Origin: Daphnia carinata
Lineage: Eukaryota
Direction of reading: 5' to 3'
NCBI RefSeq assembly: GCF_022539665.2
Contig: NC_081332.1
Span: forward strand, 62,001 to 126,000
Length of the DNA: 64,000 nt
Part shown: one piece after another, positions 27,901 to 40,733 of the stretch
Layout of the letters: each line of letters begins with the position of its first letter
How positions within the stretch are numbered: position 1 is the stretch's first letter
The notes under the pieces: generated by a model
Database searches by the model: none
What the model was told of the DNA's origin: nothing
Seen by the model: the letters and a program-made list of their open reading frames with translations, nothing else
Made by a program: the position numbers and the translations under genes

Positions 27901-29163
27901 AGAACATTACCACCGCTTTCGCCTGAGTTTGATTCATTTTCTAAGTTGAAAAACAATTAAATTGTGTAAGACAATATTGCTGTAACAATATAAAATGTTA
28001 TATAGCTTACGTCTTGATTTGGTGGTAGCATGTTTTCCTGATACATCCCATACTATTTTCTGGTCCTCATTGGCGCACACGATAAGTTTATCAGTAACGA
28101 GACCTATATTGATTCCATGCCAGATGTCATTGTCCAAATCGCAATCGATGTGAACGGAAGAATATCCAGCAATTTGTATTTCCTGTACGTCTTCATTACT
28201 GGCTTTTAATTCCCTCATTTTCCCCATAAGTTTACTAACAAAAATAGAAACGCCATTAATGGAAATAGTTTTCCTTCCGTGTTCTGTTCTCATTTTGATT
28301 GTGGTTTCTGGCAGCAAGAGTTTTTTGTGTATCTCTCTGATAAGTAAATTCAGTTTTGGTGTCCACTTGTTTATTGGCGACGCAGCCAACTTGAAACGCT
28401 GTATCCATTCGGGAACTGCACTTATCTCGCTATCGCTTTCTGCCGGCGGGAATGTTTTCAAGATTTTTCCAACCAGGATGTTAATCCATTGTTGCCAATC
28501 TGTCTCTCTGCTATTTATCTTTATATTGCTTTCTAGTACATGAGCCTCCAGAACGTGTTGTAATTTTTCGTCTTCATTGGCTTTTGTCAAAAAGTCAGTC
28601 AGATGCGAAATGAATTTTACAAGTACAGCACCATCAACGTCGTTGAGGATGTCATTCCTGCATCGAGAAAAGATCTTATCGATAAAACAACTCTTCAGTT
28701 TGTGGAAATTTTGGTTCAAGAGAAGGGCGAAACGGGGCGTGTTTTTGAACAGTTCTTCTTGTTGGAGAATCAACTGGAAATATCGACAGCGTCCACCAAA
28801 CCAAGTCCGAAGCTGTGATTCCTCTGCATTTAGTTTGGTACTAATATCTTCGAACGAATTGATGGAATCCAGTTCGTCCAAGACAGTCGACATAGTTGTG
28901 TTGATGTCGAACGTTTCATTCTCCAAGTGGATAAACGCCTTTTCTGAACTGCTCCTTACCCACATCGTCAAGAGGGCGTTGACGTATTGCAATTCTACGC
29001 AAGTTCTCTCCAACGGTTTAAGTGCCCATCCCACCTCTGAATCGATGTGACTGACGGCATTTTCAACCAGTTTTTTCGAGTCAGGATTTTCGTCCTGAAT
29101 CCAGCACAGGATCTTCTGGAAAACATCTTCTGGTGTTTCGTATTGCCGATCTCTTCCAGCCAT
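21974..29163 (-). CDS. Giant SecA-like protein, paralog B; 3 exons 29163-28011, 27940-27521, 27417-21974; ~2338 aa
   Basis: Same exon structure and intron phases as paralog A (introns 28010-27941, 27520-27418). Motifs TGEGKS, DEVD, ATNLAGRGTD and QVMGRAAR are intact. Colinear with paralog A throughout. Confidence 0.9.
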
Positions 29164-31116
29164 TATGAAATACCATTCAAAATTATTAATTCTAAAAAAA
29201 AAAAAAGTTTTGTTACAAACGTCGTTAATTCAAGAACCACAATGTTGTTAAACTTGTTTTGAATTTTCATGCAAAAAAAATTGCTTTTTGTCCTTATACT
29301 ACTCACCTTTCCCATTCGCTTTTTTATCCACTCCCTAATACAACAAAAAAAATGCCATAAATCTCTTGAAATGTTCCCAACTCTTTTTGAATTTACAGAA
29401 AAAAGTGTCACGGCGTTTAGACTTCATTATCTGCAAACAATTATGCATTCAGATATAATACACAACGTGCCGCAGAAAAAATTCACTTACTAGTTATCGA
29501 GATGGTATTATTTACGTAGAGGATTGCTGGAAACTCCTGGTATTGGGGTTCAACAAGTTAATGCACAGCTTGTCCTATTCAAAAAACGTTCTGCCTTTCC
29601 ACTTGGGCATGTCAAGGTGCTCAACGTGGTCTCTACTATTTTGCTGGGTAACACTGAACTAAAAACAACCGGCTTCTTCGGCTAGAGGTCTTGCCACATT
29701 GATATCGAAGGCTTTAACACTAGCAAATGTTGTTATGACTTCTAATCTTGGAGGAAGCCGACCCGTAATAAAAAGAGTTCTTGAGGACAAACCGATTTTC
29801 CCCAGTCACAACTCTGACGAATAATGCGTCCCCTCAAGCAACTGAAGTTAGTTGGACGTGGACTTTTAGAAATTACGAATCAAAGCCGCGTCTTTTACGC
29901 TTGACGACACGCTTTAGTTACCGTACCACCGGAGATCGGACGGACGCGTAGTATTTCACGACCAGCCAGCCACATCCTACCACAGCTTGCACAATCATCA
30001 AGGACGAGGTCGTTGGTCAAACAGAGAAATGAAGTGTTAGATTGCAAGAAGAAAGTTGTCTACGCTCGTGTCATACTCTGTTGTATTTGCCGAAGATGAT
30101 AAATACGCGGTGTAGGCGATACTTACAGCAAAAACGAATTACAAAAAAAAAAAAAGGAAAGGAAAGAAGACAGATAACTTCATCAGGAAACGGGGTATTA
30201 CAACCGCCTTAACAAATATCGATTCCCCCCAACATGGTGCGAATTTTTTTTTGTTGCGTCTGCTATTTTTGTAGAGGATTTTGTCTACCCCATCTCAATC
30301 TCCCTTACAAAAAATTGATGTATATTTTTCCTCCATGCTACTGCAATAATTTTAACTGAAAAAAAAACTTGACCTTTCCTAAAAGTTTTCTGTCAGCTCA
30401 AGGAGCCAAGGTTATGGATATGATTCCACATGAATTGCTATTTTTCTATACATATGAATGCAAGATGTAGTCAAATCTGTGCCTAGGCGGTGCGCGTATT
30501 GTCGCTGCTTATTTTGATGCACCATATTTTCTATAATAACCGATAATAATAACACCCACAAGAGACTATACAGAGACATAAGATCCTGGTTACTTTACTC
30601 ATAGAAGGTCTCCCATGGTCTTTTCCCTCCCAAAAATGGTCTTTTAACTTCCATACATCTAGCGCCAATCCAAAGTAGCGCGTGTGATGTGAACAAGTGT
30701 AGAGAACCGCAAAGCATGTTTGCCACGTTCCTTTTCACATACAATTGACGAACGAGTGTAATAACACATCAAACGAAAAATATCGAAAAGTCATCTTGCT
30801 TCCAAATCTTTTCGAACATTGTTTTTCTATTAAAAAACTAGACGGCTAAGCTAAATCGATACTTAGATAATCGAGAGCGAATTCGCTCAATTTTCGGGGA
30901 CGAACCGAAACCGAACCGAGACTTTATTACAGTAAAATATTTTTCTTTGATGCATGAACGTTCTCCATATTTCGAAAAACTAATCAGGAAAGGTTCAAGG
31001 TTGATAACCAAACATAACACATAAAGTCGTGGAAAGTTAATTTTGATTAAAATTTCCTGTTTATACTATTTAACCCATCCCTATAACAATTCATCGGAAC
31101 GGACGTTTTCATTTGT

Positions 31117-32462
31117 CAGGCTGGTCGCGAGGCAATATATACTTAGTACATAATCGCGCCTACAGTTTTCTATATGGAGAAAGTGTGCATTGTCGCCACT
31201 AGGGCCTTGATTTGGTTGCTTTAGTGGTCACTAAAGTTAAACCAGTTAAACAATAATGCGTGTAGCGCATGTCTATTAAATTTTTTCGAAGCGAATAAAA
31301 TGAATTCGGTTGATGTTAATTTTTCCAATGAGTTAATATGTACAATATAAATACTAATATAAATGTTACAATTATATATGTACGATACTATTATATATAT
31401 ACAATACTATAATATACTGTATATAATAATATACTATAAATTATACATATATTCTGCTTATATAATGAATATGTATACAATTGGTGTGGCAATTGAAATA
31501 AAAGAATATAAAAGAAACAATTTTTTAATTATTTGTCAGTTAAATTAATTACAATAAATAGTTGATTAATTACAGTAAATAGCCCTTGGTAAGGGCTATC
31601 TATTTTTGTGTAATTGTTGTCAACATTTTCAAAGGGAAAAAATCTTAAAGGCAAAATGTGTTTTTGTTGTTTTTCGATCCAAGATTCTAATGGACGCAAC
31701 TGATAAAAACAAAAAAATATATGTTACACTTAAACTTTTTCCTTTTCTGAAAATTTAACATAAATTTCATAGAATTAGATAGCTCTTGATAAGAGCTATT
31801 GATTGATGCAAAATTTGTCAATTTTGACTGCTTATTTTCTTCATAAATAATTATTAAAGGATTTCATGATTTTAGAAAGGGGAGGGGATGTGTGAAAAAG
31901 ACGAAACTTTGCATTGATTGTTTGACGCTTAATCTTCGTCAAAACAGGAAACCATTATAATATTTTTTGTTCCTGGTGATTCCAGGAACAAGTTATTCTA
32001 AACGTTTACTTTTAAGATGCTATATTTAACCCCAAAAATTACGTTTGAAAAAGTGGCTTTTGATAAACCATTATGGCGGCTATTTTTTTACCGCGCCAAG
32101 TTCAAATTTTAAAAAGTGTAAATTAGTGTAAAAAATTTTAATTATATGTACATATTTACATTTTGTTTGTGTCTAGAGAATTTCAATATTCCGTCTTAGA
32201 TAGAAAATTTTAAAAATTAACTAAAATAATTTAAACAAATTCATTTAATTGGTTCTCATTTAATTTACAATTTTAGGCGTCTTTTTCCACATATCCGCGT
32301 GGAAAACCACGTTTTATCGCGACTTCCGCGTGGAAAAACTCCAAGCAGACAATATTAAAAAAAACAATTGACTAACGCCCTGCGCGTTTATCATTTACCC
32401 CATAAGAAAAAGTGCATCTGCAACTATGTACTACTTAGTACATATGTAGTGAGACCATGTTG
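31117..32462 (+). mobile_element. Non-autonomous TIR DNA transposon, copy 2, 1346 bp
   Basis: Same termini. 8-bp TSD tcatttgt at 31109-31116 and 32463-32470. Confidence 0.9.
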
Positions 32463-32485
32463 TCATTTGTTAGATCCGAAATCGC

Positions 32486-33884
32486 CAGGCTGGTCGCGAG
32501 GCAATATGTACTACTTAGTACATAATCGCGCCTACAGTTTTCTTTATGGGGAAAGTGTGTGTGGCCGCCCTTAGGGCTTTGTTTGGTTGCTTTGATGGTT
32601 AAACCGTCAAAGTTAAACCAGTTAAAGAAAAATGCGTGTAGCGCATGTCTTAATTTTTTCAAAGCGAATTATATAAATTCGGTTTATATAAATTTATATT
32701 TACAATACTATGATAATATTGATAATGTATATAAATACTACATTATTATAAATACACATATATACAGTATATTACTATATATTATACATTTATACATACG
32801 TACAATTATATTTATATATTTTACATACATACAATTATAATATATATATTACTATTATATATATCAAATATATGTACAATAGTTATGATAATTGAAGTAA
32901 ACGAATATAAGAGAAACAATTTTTTAATTATTTGTCAGCAAAATTAATTATGATATTCGCTGATTTAACATATAAGTAACATAAATATAAACATAAATCG
33001 ATAGCCATTGGTAAGGGCTATCCATTTTTCGGTAATTGTAATCAACATTTTCAAATAGAAAAAATTTTAAACGCAAAATGTGTTTTTGTTGTTTTTCGAT
33101 CTAAGGTTCTAATGGACGCAACCGATAAAATAAAAAAATTGATGTTACACTTAAACTTTTTCTTTTTCTGAAAATTTAACATAAGTTTCATAGAATTAGA
33201 TAGCTCTTGATAAGAGCTATCGATTGATGCAAAATTTGTCAATTTTAACTGTTTATTTTCCTTGTAAATAATTATTAAAGGATTTCATAATTTTAGAAGG
33301 GGGAGGGGGTGTGTGAAAAAGACGAAACTTTGCATTGATTGTTTGATGCTTAACTTTCGTCAAAACAGGAAATCATTGTAATATTTTTGTTGCTGGTGAT
33401 TCCAGGAACAAGTTGTTATAAACAATTAATTTTAAGATGCTATATTTAACCCCAAAAACTACGTTTGAAAAAGTGGTTTTTGATAAACCATTATGGCGGC
33501 CATTTTTTTACCGCGCCAAGTTCAAATTTTAAAAAGTGTAAAAAAGTGTAAAAAATTTGAATTATAAGCACATATTTACATTTTGTTTGTGTCTAAAAAA
33601 TTTTAATATTCTGTCTTAGATATAAAATCTTAAAAACTAATTAAGATAAATTAAACTAATTTATTTCATGAGTTCTCATTTAATTTACAATTTTAGGTGT
33701 CTTTTTCCACAATTCCGCGTGGAAAACTACGTTTTATCGCGACTTCCACGTGGAAAAACTCCAAGCAGACAATATAAAAAAACAAACAATTGACTAACGC
33801 CCAGCGCGCTTCTGATCTACCCCATAAGAAAAAGTGCATCTGCAACTATGTACTACTTAGTACATATGTAGTGAGACCATGTTG
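32486..33884 (+). mobile_element. Non-autonomous TIR DNA transposon, copy 3, 1399 bp
   Basis: Same termini. 8-bp TSD gaaatcgc at 32478-32485 and 33885-33892. Confidence 0.9.
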
Positions 33885-35262
33885 GAAATCGCACCCTTCC
33901 ATTTTGAACGGAGCGGTTTCGGAACTGTTATTTTTTATGTCCACGGTTCGGAAAAGTCTCGGTCATGTTCACATAAGCGAATCGTCTCTCTCAGAGTAAA
34001 GCAATCAAGCTTTTATGATTCTGCCAAGAATCAGATCGGGTTCGATCCCAATCCAATCCACTTTTTTTGCGGGTCTTTCGGGGTTCAGGTTGTTCAATAA
34101 GTCGCTGCTCTGAACTCAATCGGGTTTCAATTGGGGTCTTTAATCGAGGAACCAACACTGACTGCAACCCTTTGAATTACGCAATGACATAATCGAATGC
34201 GTGTCACTTGTTACGATGACGTTGCCGATGACTTTTTTTGTAGATGATCACGAATTGTTATAAAACAATTTTCAGTTGCTTATGCAACTGCAGCTCACGA
34301 GTGATACTTCCGAGATTGTGGGCACAACTGTAAAAAATAACGCAGCTAGAAGGAAATTGATGCCTCAGTTAGGGAACTTATTTGTTTCTTTGAAATAAAA
34401 AAAATAAAAAAATTTCTACCGCCAAAATGGCATTTCATTAACGATACAAAATTAAGTTAAGGTTTGAACTGTGGAAGTGTAGGACGATACGTTGTCTGCT
34501 TACCGAATTGAATACTGTGATACGTTAATTCCACTGCATTTCAAATTTCATTAACGTTGGAATAGGCAGACTTGCCGCGATCGCGATCAAAAATTGACGG
34601 TTAATATAAAATTGATGGAGAAAATGAATGGTTAATTTAAATACTGAAGGTGCGTAAGTGACGAAATTTTCGATTTACCGGTAGCGTTATGTAAAAAAAT
34701 CTGTCAGCATATTATTGAATGTGAAATTTCACCAAAAGAAAAGAAATTTGGCTGTGAAATGACGGCATTTTCTAGAGATTCATAAAAACATATGATTGAA
34801 GGAAATAGCGTAATGATTCGAAAAGTAAAAGTTATTATTTTGCCTTTTATTATTTCACTTTTTAAAAGGTAAAATAATAGCTCAAAAACTTTTGGAATAT
34901 ATATATAATTTTATTATTTATATATTGAAAATACACGCTTCGAAAAAATAGTGTGACGTTGGGATTTCATCAAGCTATTGATGTACGCATTAAAAATACC
35001 GTAAAGTAAATGTAATTATTTCGAAATTCGTGAATTATTGGCTGGGGGTGGAATGGACAAAGTAGCTTGAAAAAACTGAAATAGGAAAGGCTTGTTAAGT
35101 ATCAACTATTTATTTACTATCGATTGCCATTGCCAGTAGAATATAGCAGACAACACTTCGAAACTCTCAGATTTGAGCCTTTGTTTACGATTTTTCCTCG
35201 TAACTAAGCAACCTAGGCCCTGCCCCAGAAATATCGTTTGCTTCCGATTTCACCCCCAAAAC

Positions 35263-38200
35263 CAGAGATAAGGCGATGGGACACTACCGTGTTAAAGCCG
35301 CCATAACACATTTTGGCACTACATCTAGCGGCTAATTCCCTCCCTTCCTCATTAGCAGACGAGTTGCTGCAGGTAAAGAGGCAGTTGATTCGAATTTGGC
35401 GAGGAGAGTCAGCTAATTCGCCAGATGACAACTGATAACGAAAGTTCCGTGATTCATAACGCGGAGGGGATGAAAATTCGAAGAATCAAAAGGGGTCGAC
35501 TTTCAAAAATGGTTTTGCTTGGCATTAATTCCCAGGGTACCTGTAGCTTGTTATCGAATGTTAACCCTGTGAAATACACAACCTCAGTTAAGCAAGTGGT
35601 CTTAGTCCTTCTAGACGTGTTTTTCTTCTTCTCTTTGTTCAAAATTGTTGAAATGCCTCCAAACTGTAGTGCCGTCAAGTGTAATTCAAAGAGAAGTGAG
35701 CGATCAGTTTCATTTCATAAGTTTCCCACTGACGATCAGCGACTACTTATCTGGCTGAAACATTGTGCACCTGGATTTAAGCCTTCAAAATCTTCCGTGT
35801 TGTGCTCTCTTCACTTTGATCCCACTTTGTTAACTTGGATTCCTCGCCGAAAATTAAATAGGTTGTCTAACAGCAAACTTAATCCTATTGATTTAGACAC
35901 ACACACTGAAACTGAGCGACCACAACACCAGCATGAAAACGAATCAGATATCGTTAATCTGAATAGACCTGCCAAGGTTAATACGCAGTGTACCAGTGAA
36001 TATGACATCGTTTCTGCTGACCTGAACTTCAGCGTTGAATGCCACAACTCAACCATTATTTCTTTGCCTTTTGTTCGCAGACAACTCATCGCGGATTTTA
36101 CCAGCCCCGTAAAAAGACTAAGGTTAGATCAAAACTATGAAGCTCCTACCAGCCCCTGTCTACCTGCAATTGACAAAGATCTAGAAAACGATTTTAATGA
36201 GGATGGTGCGCGTTGCAATTCTGAGCTGGTTTCGTTTAATGACAATCGTAGCTCTTCATCACAAAAAAAGAATAATTCTTCATTTAAAAAAAGAATACGC
36301 AAATCAGACTCCCCACCTTGAAAAAGAAAATCACCGGCTGCGCATTAAGTACAAGTGTGAAAATGATTACCTTAAAAGAGTAAATTGCCGTCAAAAACAA
36401 AAAATTATTGTGATGTCTCTTCGTGAGCGTCAGAATTTGAAGGACCTAAACATCAAAGTTTGCCAAATTTCAATTTTAAAGCAGCAGCTAAAAAAGTCCA
36501 CAAAAGAATGCCCCGATCTAAAAGAATTTAGAAAAAACGCAATAAGAAAAACAGACATGTCCGAAACAGCTTACCAACTCTTTTTGAATGAAAAATGGAA
36601 TTCCGGAAAAAGAACTGAAGGCCGTAGATACTCTTCATTCATCCGGGACCTGGCAATAAACCTAAGCTATTATTCGAACGCTGCGTATGAAAAACTTAGA
36701 AAGATCTTTACCTTGCCGTCCGTTCGAAGTCTTCGCCGCTACCTTGCACCAGTCGGTTGCTCTTCCGGGATTTTAAAGAATGACTTAGCTCAGATAAAGA
36801 CAGAAATTTCAGAAGGAACACACGGCCAAGATGTAACCCTTAGTCTCGATGAAATGTCTATCAAGAAGGCGTTGTGCTACGACCCGCAACTTAAGAAATA
36901 TATGGGATTTACCGATTTCCCAGATGACAAACCTTTCAGTCGGGAAACAGATCACCAAATTCTTGCTACGCAAGTCTTGGTGTTCTATGTTGTAGGATTA
37001 GATGGAAAATGGAGATCGCCTGTGGCTTATTATATTACGAACCATTTAACCGGGCTGGGCCAGTCGAAAGTGCTGAACGATGTCATTATTGCTTGTCATG
37101 AATTCAACGTAAATGTAAAAGTAGTTACTTTCGATGGGTTGGCGGCAAATCTAACGATGGTCAATGCCCTTGGAGCGAACATCAGGATTCCCCAAAAACC
37201 ACCGAAATGTGTTCCTAGCCGTCGCACAAATAACACTCCAGAGCAAATGAAAATCCACCGTATAAAATACGCTGCGATGAAAACTTTTTTCCTTCATCCT
37301 AAGACCAAAGAAGACATTTACCTGATGTTAGATACGTGCCATATGTTAAAATTGGCTCGTAACCTAATAGCACAGACACCGAAAGGAATTGTTATACCTG
37401 GCTTTCCGAAACCGGCAAAATGGTCGTACATTACCGAGCTCTTCGAATACCAGAGCCGTCTAGGATTTCGTCTTGGTAACAAGCTGACTAAAAACCACGT
37501 CGACATTGGCACACACAAGATGAAAGTAGTTCTGGCTGCTCAAGTTTTGAGTAATTCAACTGCGGATACTCTTCGCCATTTACGGGAGGATCTGAAACAC
37601 TTAAACGTAAAGTTATATTTTCATTATGGTATAAAAATGATTTTACCTTTTTAATATGGTGTTTTTTGCAGTTTACGGGAAGTGAGGCCACTGAGGAATA
37701 CTGCCGAAAGTTCAACAAGATTTTCGACATCCTGAACTCATGGAATCCAAAACAAACAGATGACAGAGCACCACTAACACTTTCCAACCTGTTGGAAAAA
37801 GAAAAAGAACTTAAAGGATTACAAAATTTTGTTAAATCTTTGACATTTACTTCCTGCAAGTTAGTAACTGCCAGTAAACGGAAGGCTGTGATTATCGGCT
37901 TCACTGCCACCATAAAATCAACAATATCACTCGCATGGAATCTGCTCACACAAGAAAAGCCTTTGGATTATGTATGCACGAGACTCACCCAACAGGATCC
38001 ACTGGAGCATTTCTTTAGCATAGTCCGGTTAAGGGGTGGGTTAAATAACAATCCCACAGCCATTCAAGTGAAGTATATCATGAGAAAACTTCTAGTTATA
38101 AAAAGTGGTGTTGTTACAGCTTCCTTGTCATCTAACTGTTCACCTCTTCCGTTTGCAATATTAAAGGACCTGAATTGTGAAAAAGAAAATGATGCTATTG

Positions 38201-39006
38201 ACACTGAGATGGAGGTAGAGATTGAGCTTTTCAGTAATGTAGTAGAGTTAAATGCGTCCAACATGAATGATACTTTTACAAACCAGTGTCTTGCCTACAT
38301 TGCTGGATATTGTGTTTTAAAAATTGAACGTCTCTCCAACTGTGTCATGTGTAGAAATGCCTATTTGACTCGATTGATGATCGATTGGAAGAAGCCACAG
38401 CAAACATTTCAAATTTAAGAACGAGCAGATGGGTATGCATTCCTTCAAACTCTGTGTACACAATTGCATTATCATGCGAATCTGTTTTTCAATCAATGTT
38501 GGCCCAAGGATTAAAACTCCAGTGTGATATACTTGCCATGTTAACCCAGAAAGTCCTAAAGAAAAGTAATATTAACCAAATGTTTCCTACTCTTGCAGCT
38601 CACTCAGAAAATTGTGATGTTACTTACCTCATAGAAACTGTTGCTTATAGATTCTTAAAACTCAGATGTTTATCCTATGTCAAATTGTTCAATCAAAACA
38701 TGTGTGAAGAAACTTCAAAACGTAATTAGTTAACTAAGCTCATATTATACAAAAATTTATAAAAAATTTATTGGTGACTTACTTTATTTCCGAATACCAC
38801 ATTTTAACTTTTAACACAAACTACAAAACACACAGATGCCTGCAGTAACCAAGTGACATTTTAAAAAACAAAACAATGTTGTCCACTATTGAAATAGAGA
38901 GGGAATTCGTCTGCTAACGATAACGGGAGGGAATTAGCCGCTAGATGGTGGACCGAAATCTGTCATGGCGGCTTTCCCTATTCAGTGTCCCATCTCCTTA
39001 TCTCTG
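35263..39006 (+). mobile_element. P-element superfamily (THAP) DNA transposon, 3744 bp
   Basis: TIR cagagataaggcgatgggacact / agtgtcccatctccttatctctg (22/23 match), with imperfect inverted similarity extending ~100 bp. 8-bp TSD cccaaaac at 35255-35262 and 39007-39014. Internal THAP-transposase. Confidence 0.93.
35653..38762 (+). pseudogene. THAP-domain P-element (THAP9-like) transposase, disrupted
   Basis: THAP zinc finger MPPNCSAVKC..FHKFP..W..LCSLHF; LPSVRSL; catalytic LSLDEM, VTFDG, DTCHMLKLARN, QDPLEHFFS. Phase-0 intron 37607-37671. Frame breaks near 36300 and 38370; premature TAG at 38727-38729 before LTKLILYKNL. Confidence 0.88.
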
Positions 39007-40733
39007 CCCAAAACTGTGTCCAATATCTCCTACCAAAAGGACATTTTTTAAAACGCTTATAAATCTTAAACTGCTTATCCTAAAATTTAAAACAAACCAG
39101 GGAATTGAAAGGGGAAGAATTAGCTTTTTTTTATTATAAGCAAACCTATTTTTCATTTAGTGGTTTTCGTGCAACATGAAAAATTGTATAAGCCAAAAAG
39201 ATGAAAAAATAGCTGTATTTTTAACTTTTGCGATAACTACACGAATAGTTTTTGTATATTTTTTAAAATTTAGCCCTAAGTGTGGAATCGAATTTCCAAT
39301 CAAACAATACTTTTTAAATTTTATTTCTAAAATTTCCTCTCCTAGTTATTGCGGTTGTCCAATCTGGTACGTGTCCAGTTTAGGTCCGCTTTCCCCAACA
39401 TATCTCGTGCTATTTGGCTGGTTGATGCAAATACTCGGCTTCACCTAGCGTCTCATTTGGTTCCGTCGTATTCAGCCAGACATATTATCTCGGTGCATTT
39501 CATACGTAATCAAGCGAAATTGCCGTCTACCGAACGTCTTGCAGGAGATACGGACAAGATGCCTCTCCTGCTAATAGGAATTATGTTTTGGTATGTTGGA
39601 TTCCCTGTTGCTGCCGTTGGGGCACATCTTTGTTATCCAAATGCGTCTCTCTTCGCGCCCAAGGCTTCATTGATTTAGTTTTTAACTTGAGTTTACACTT
39701 AAAGGATTGCTATTTATAAGGCATTGCCCAAGGATTCCGTCGGCTTGCAACGTTCTCTGGATTGACTCTGGGTCTGCTTTGAGGAGGCGTCACCTCCATA
39801 GCATAGCCATAGCAGTAGTGAACGCTGATATTAGGAGTGAGGTCATGTTCTATCGAAATTTAATTCATAAATGAAATTTTCCTTTCCTTATTTATAAACG
39901 AACTTTTCTTTTTCTTTTAAGAAAATCCGGAATGAAGAACGAACAGCCATGAATGTAAGCAAGTGAGGGTAAAATCGATGTAATTGTCTTGCTGTATTTT
40001 AAACTTACTGACTATTAATAACGAACTTATAAAGAAAGGCTTCCGTAGCCATTATGAAAACTCAAACACGTACAAGTATTTAGTTGTATTTCCAAACAGC
40101 GTTATTTATCAATCCACCAATAAAACGTTTGAAAAAAGTTTGAATGATCTGTCTACGTATTCCGTTTTTTTTCAATAGCGCTGGATTTTTAATTTCATTG
40201 ATTTTCTTTCCAATTTAGTAATAGCTGCATAGAACATGCCTTTTCCTGAAATTTTATGATTGCTGTATGATACTGGCGCGCCAAAATTGCTCCCCGTTTT
40301 TCCGTTATATCAGAAATTTCTAATGTTATGAAAAATATAAAGTCAATTTTCAATTTCGACAGTTTAAAAATTTTTTAAATACAAAGAACACATATCATGC
40401 GTGTCGCTTTAGTACCGTTCGGTAGTAAGCTGTATCGCAGGTATCCCCGAGGCTTAGCCCTATCAGGGATGCATTAAATAATATATTCTGCTTTTACTTT
40501 TGAGAAAAGTTGTTCAAACATGTTTAAATAACATTTCTAAAAATTGGAAAGTAAATATCCCTGTTACTTTTGCAGCAAAAAATAATAAAGAATGACAGAA
40601 TAGATTTGACGTCGAAAACCTACTTGCCAGTGGACAAGATATTCACCCTGTTGTATAAGAAAGATGAAGTTATAATGAAAATTTATAATGTGTCTTATTT
40701 GCCTTTCAAAGAGTTCTGTTACAAGAATCCAAG

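Noticed and set aside
31117..33884. Simple tandem duplication of the 1.35-kb element
   Set aside because: Each copy has a different TSD, they are separated by original target sequence, and they differ internally.
39349..39860. GC-richer segment with short ORFs
   Set aside because: The minus-strand frames I translated contain stops, and the plus-strand 109-aa ORF shows no recognisable motif.
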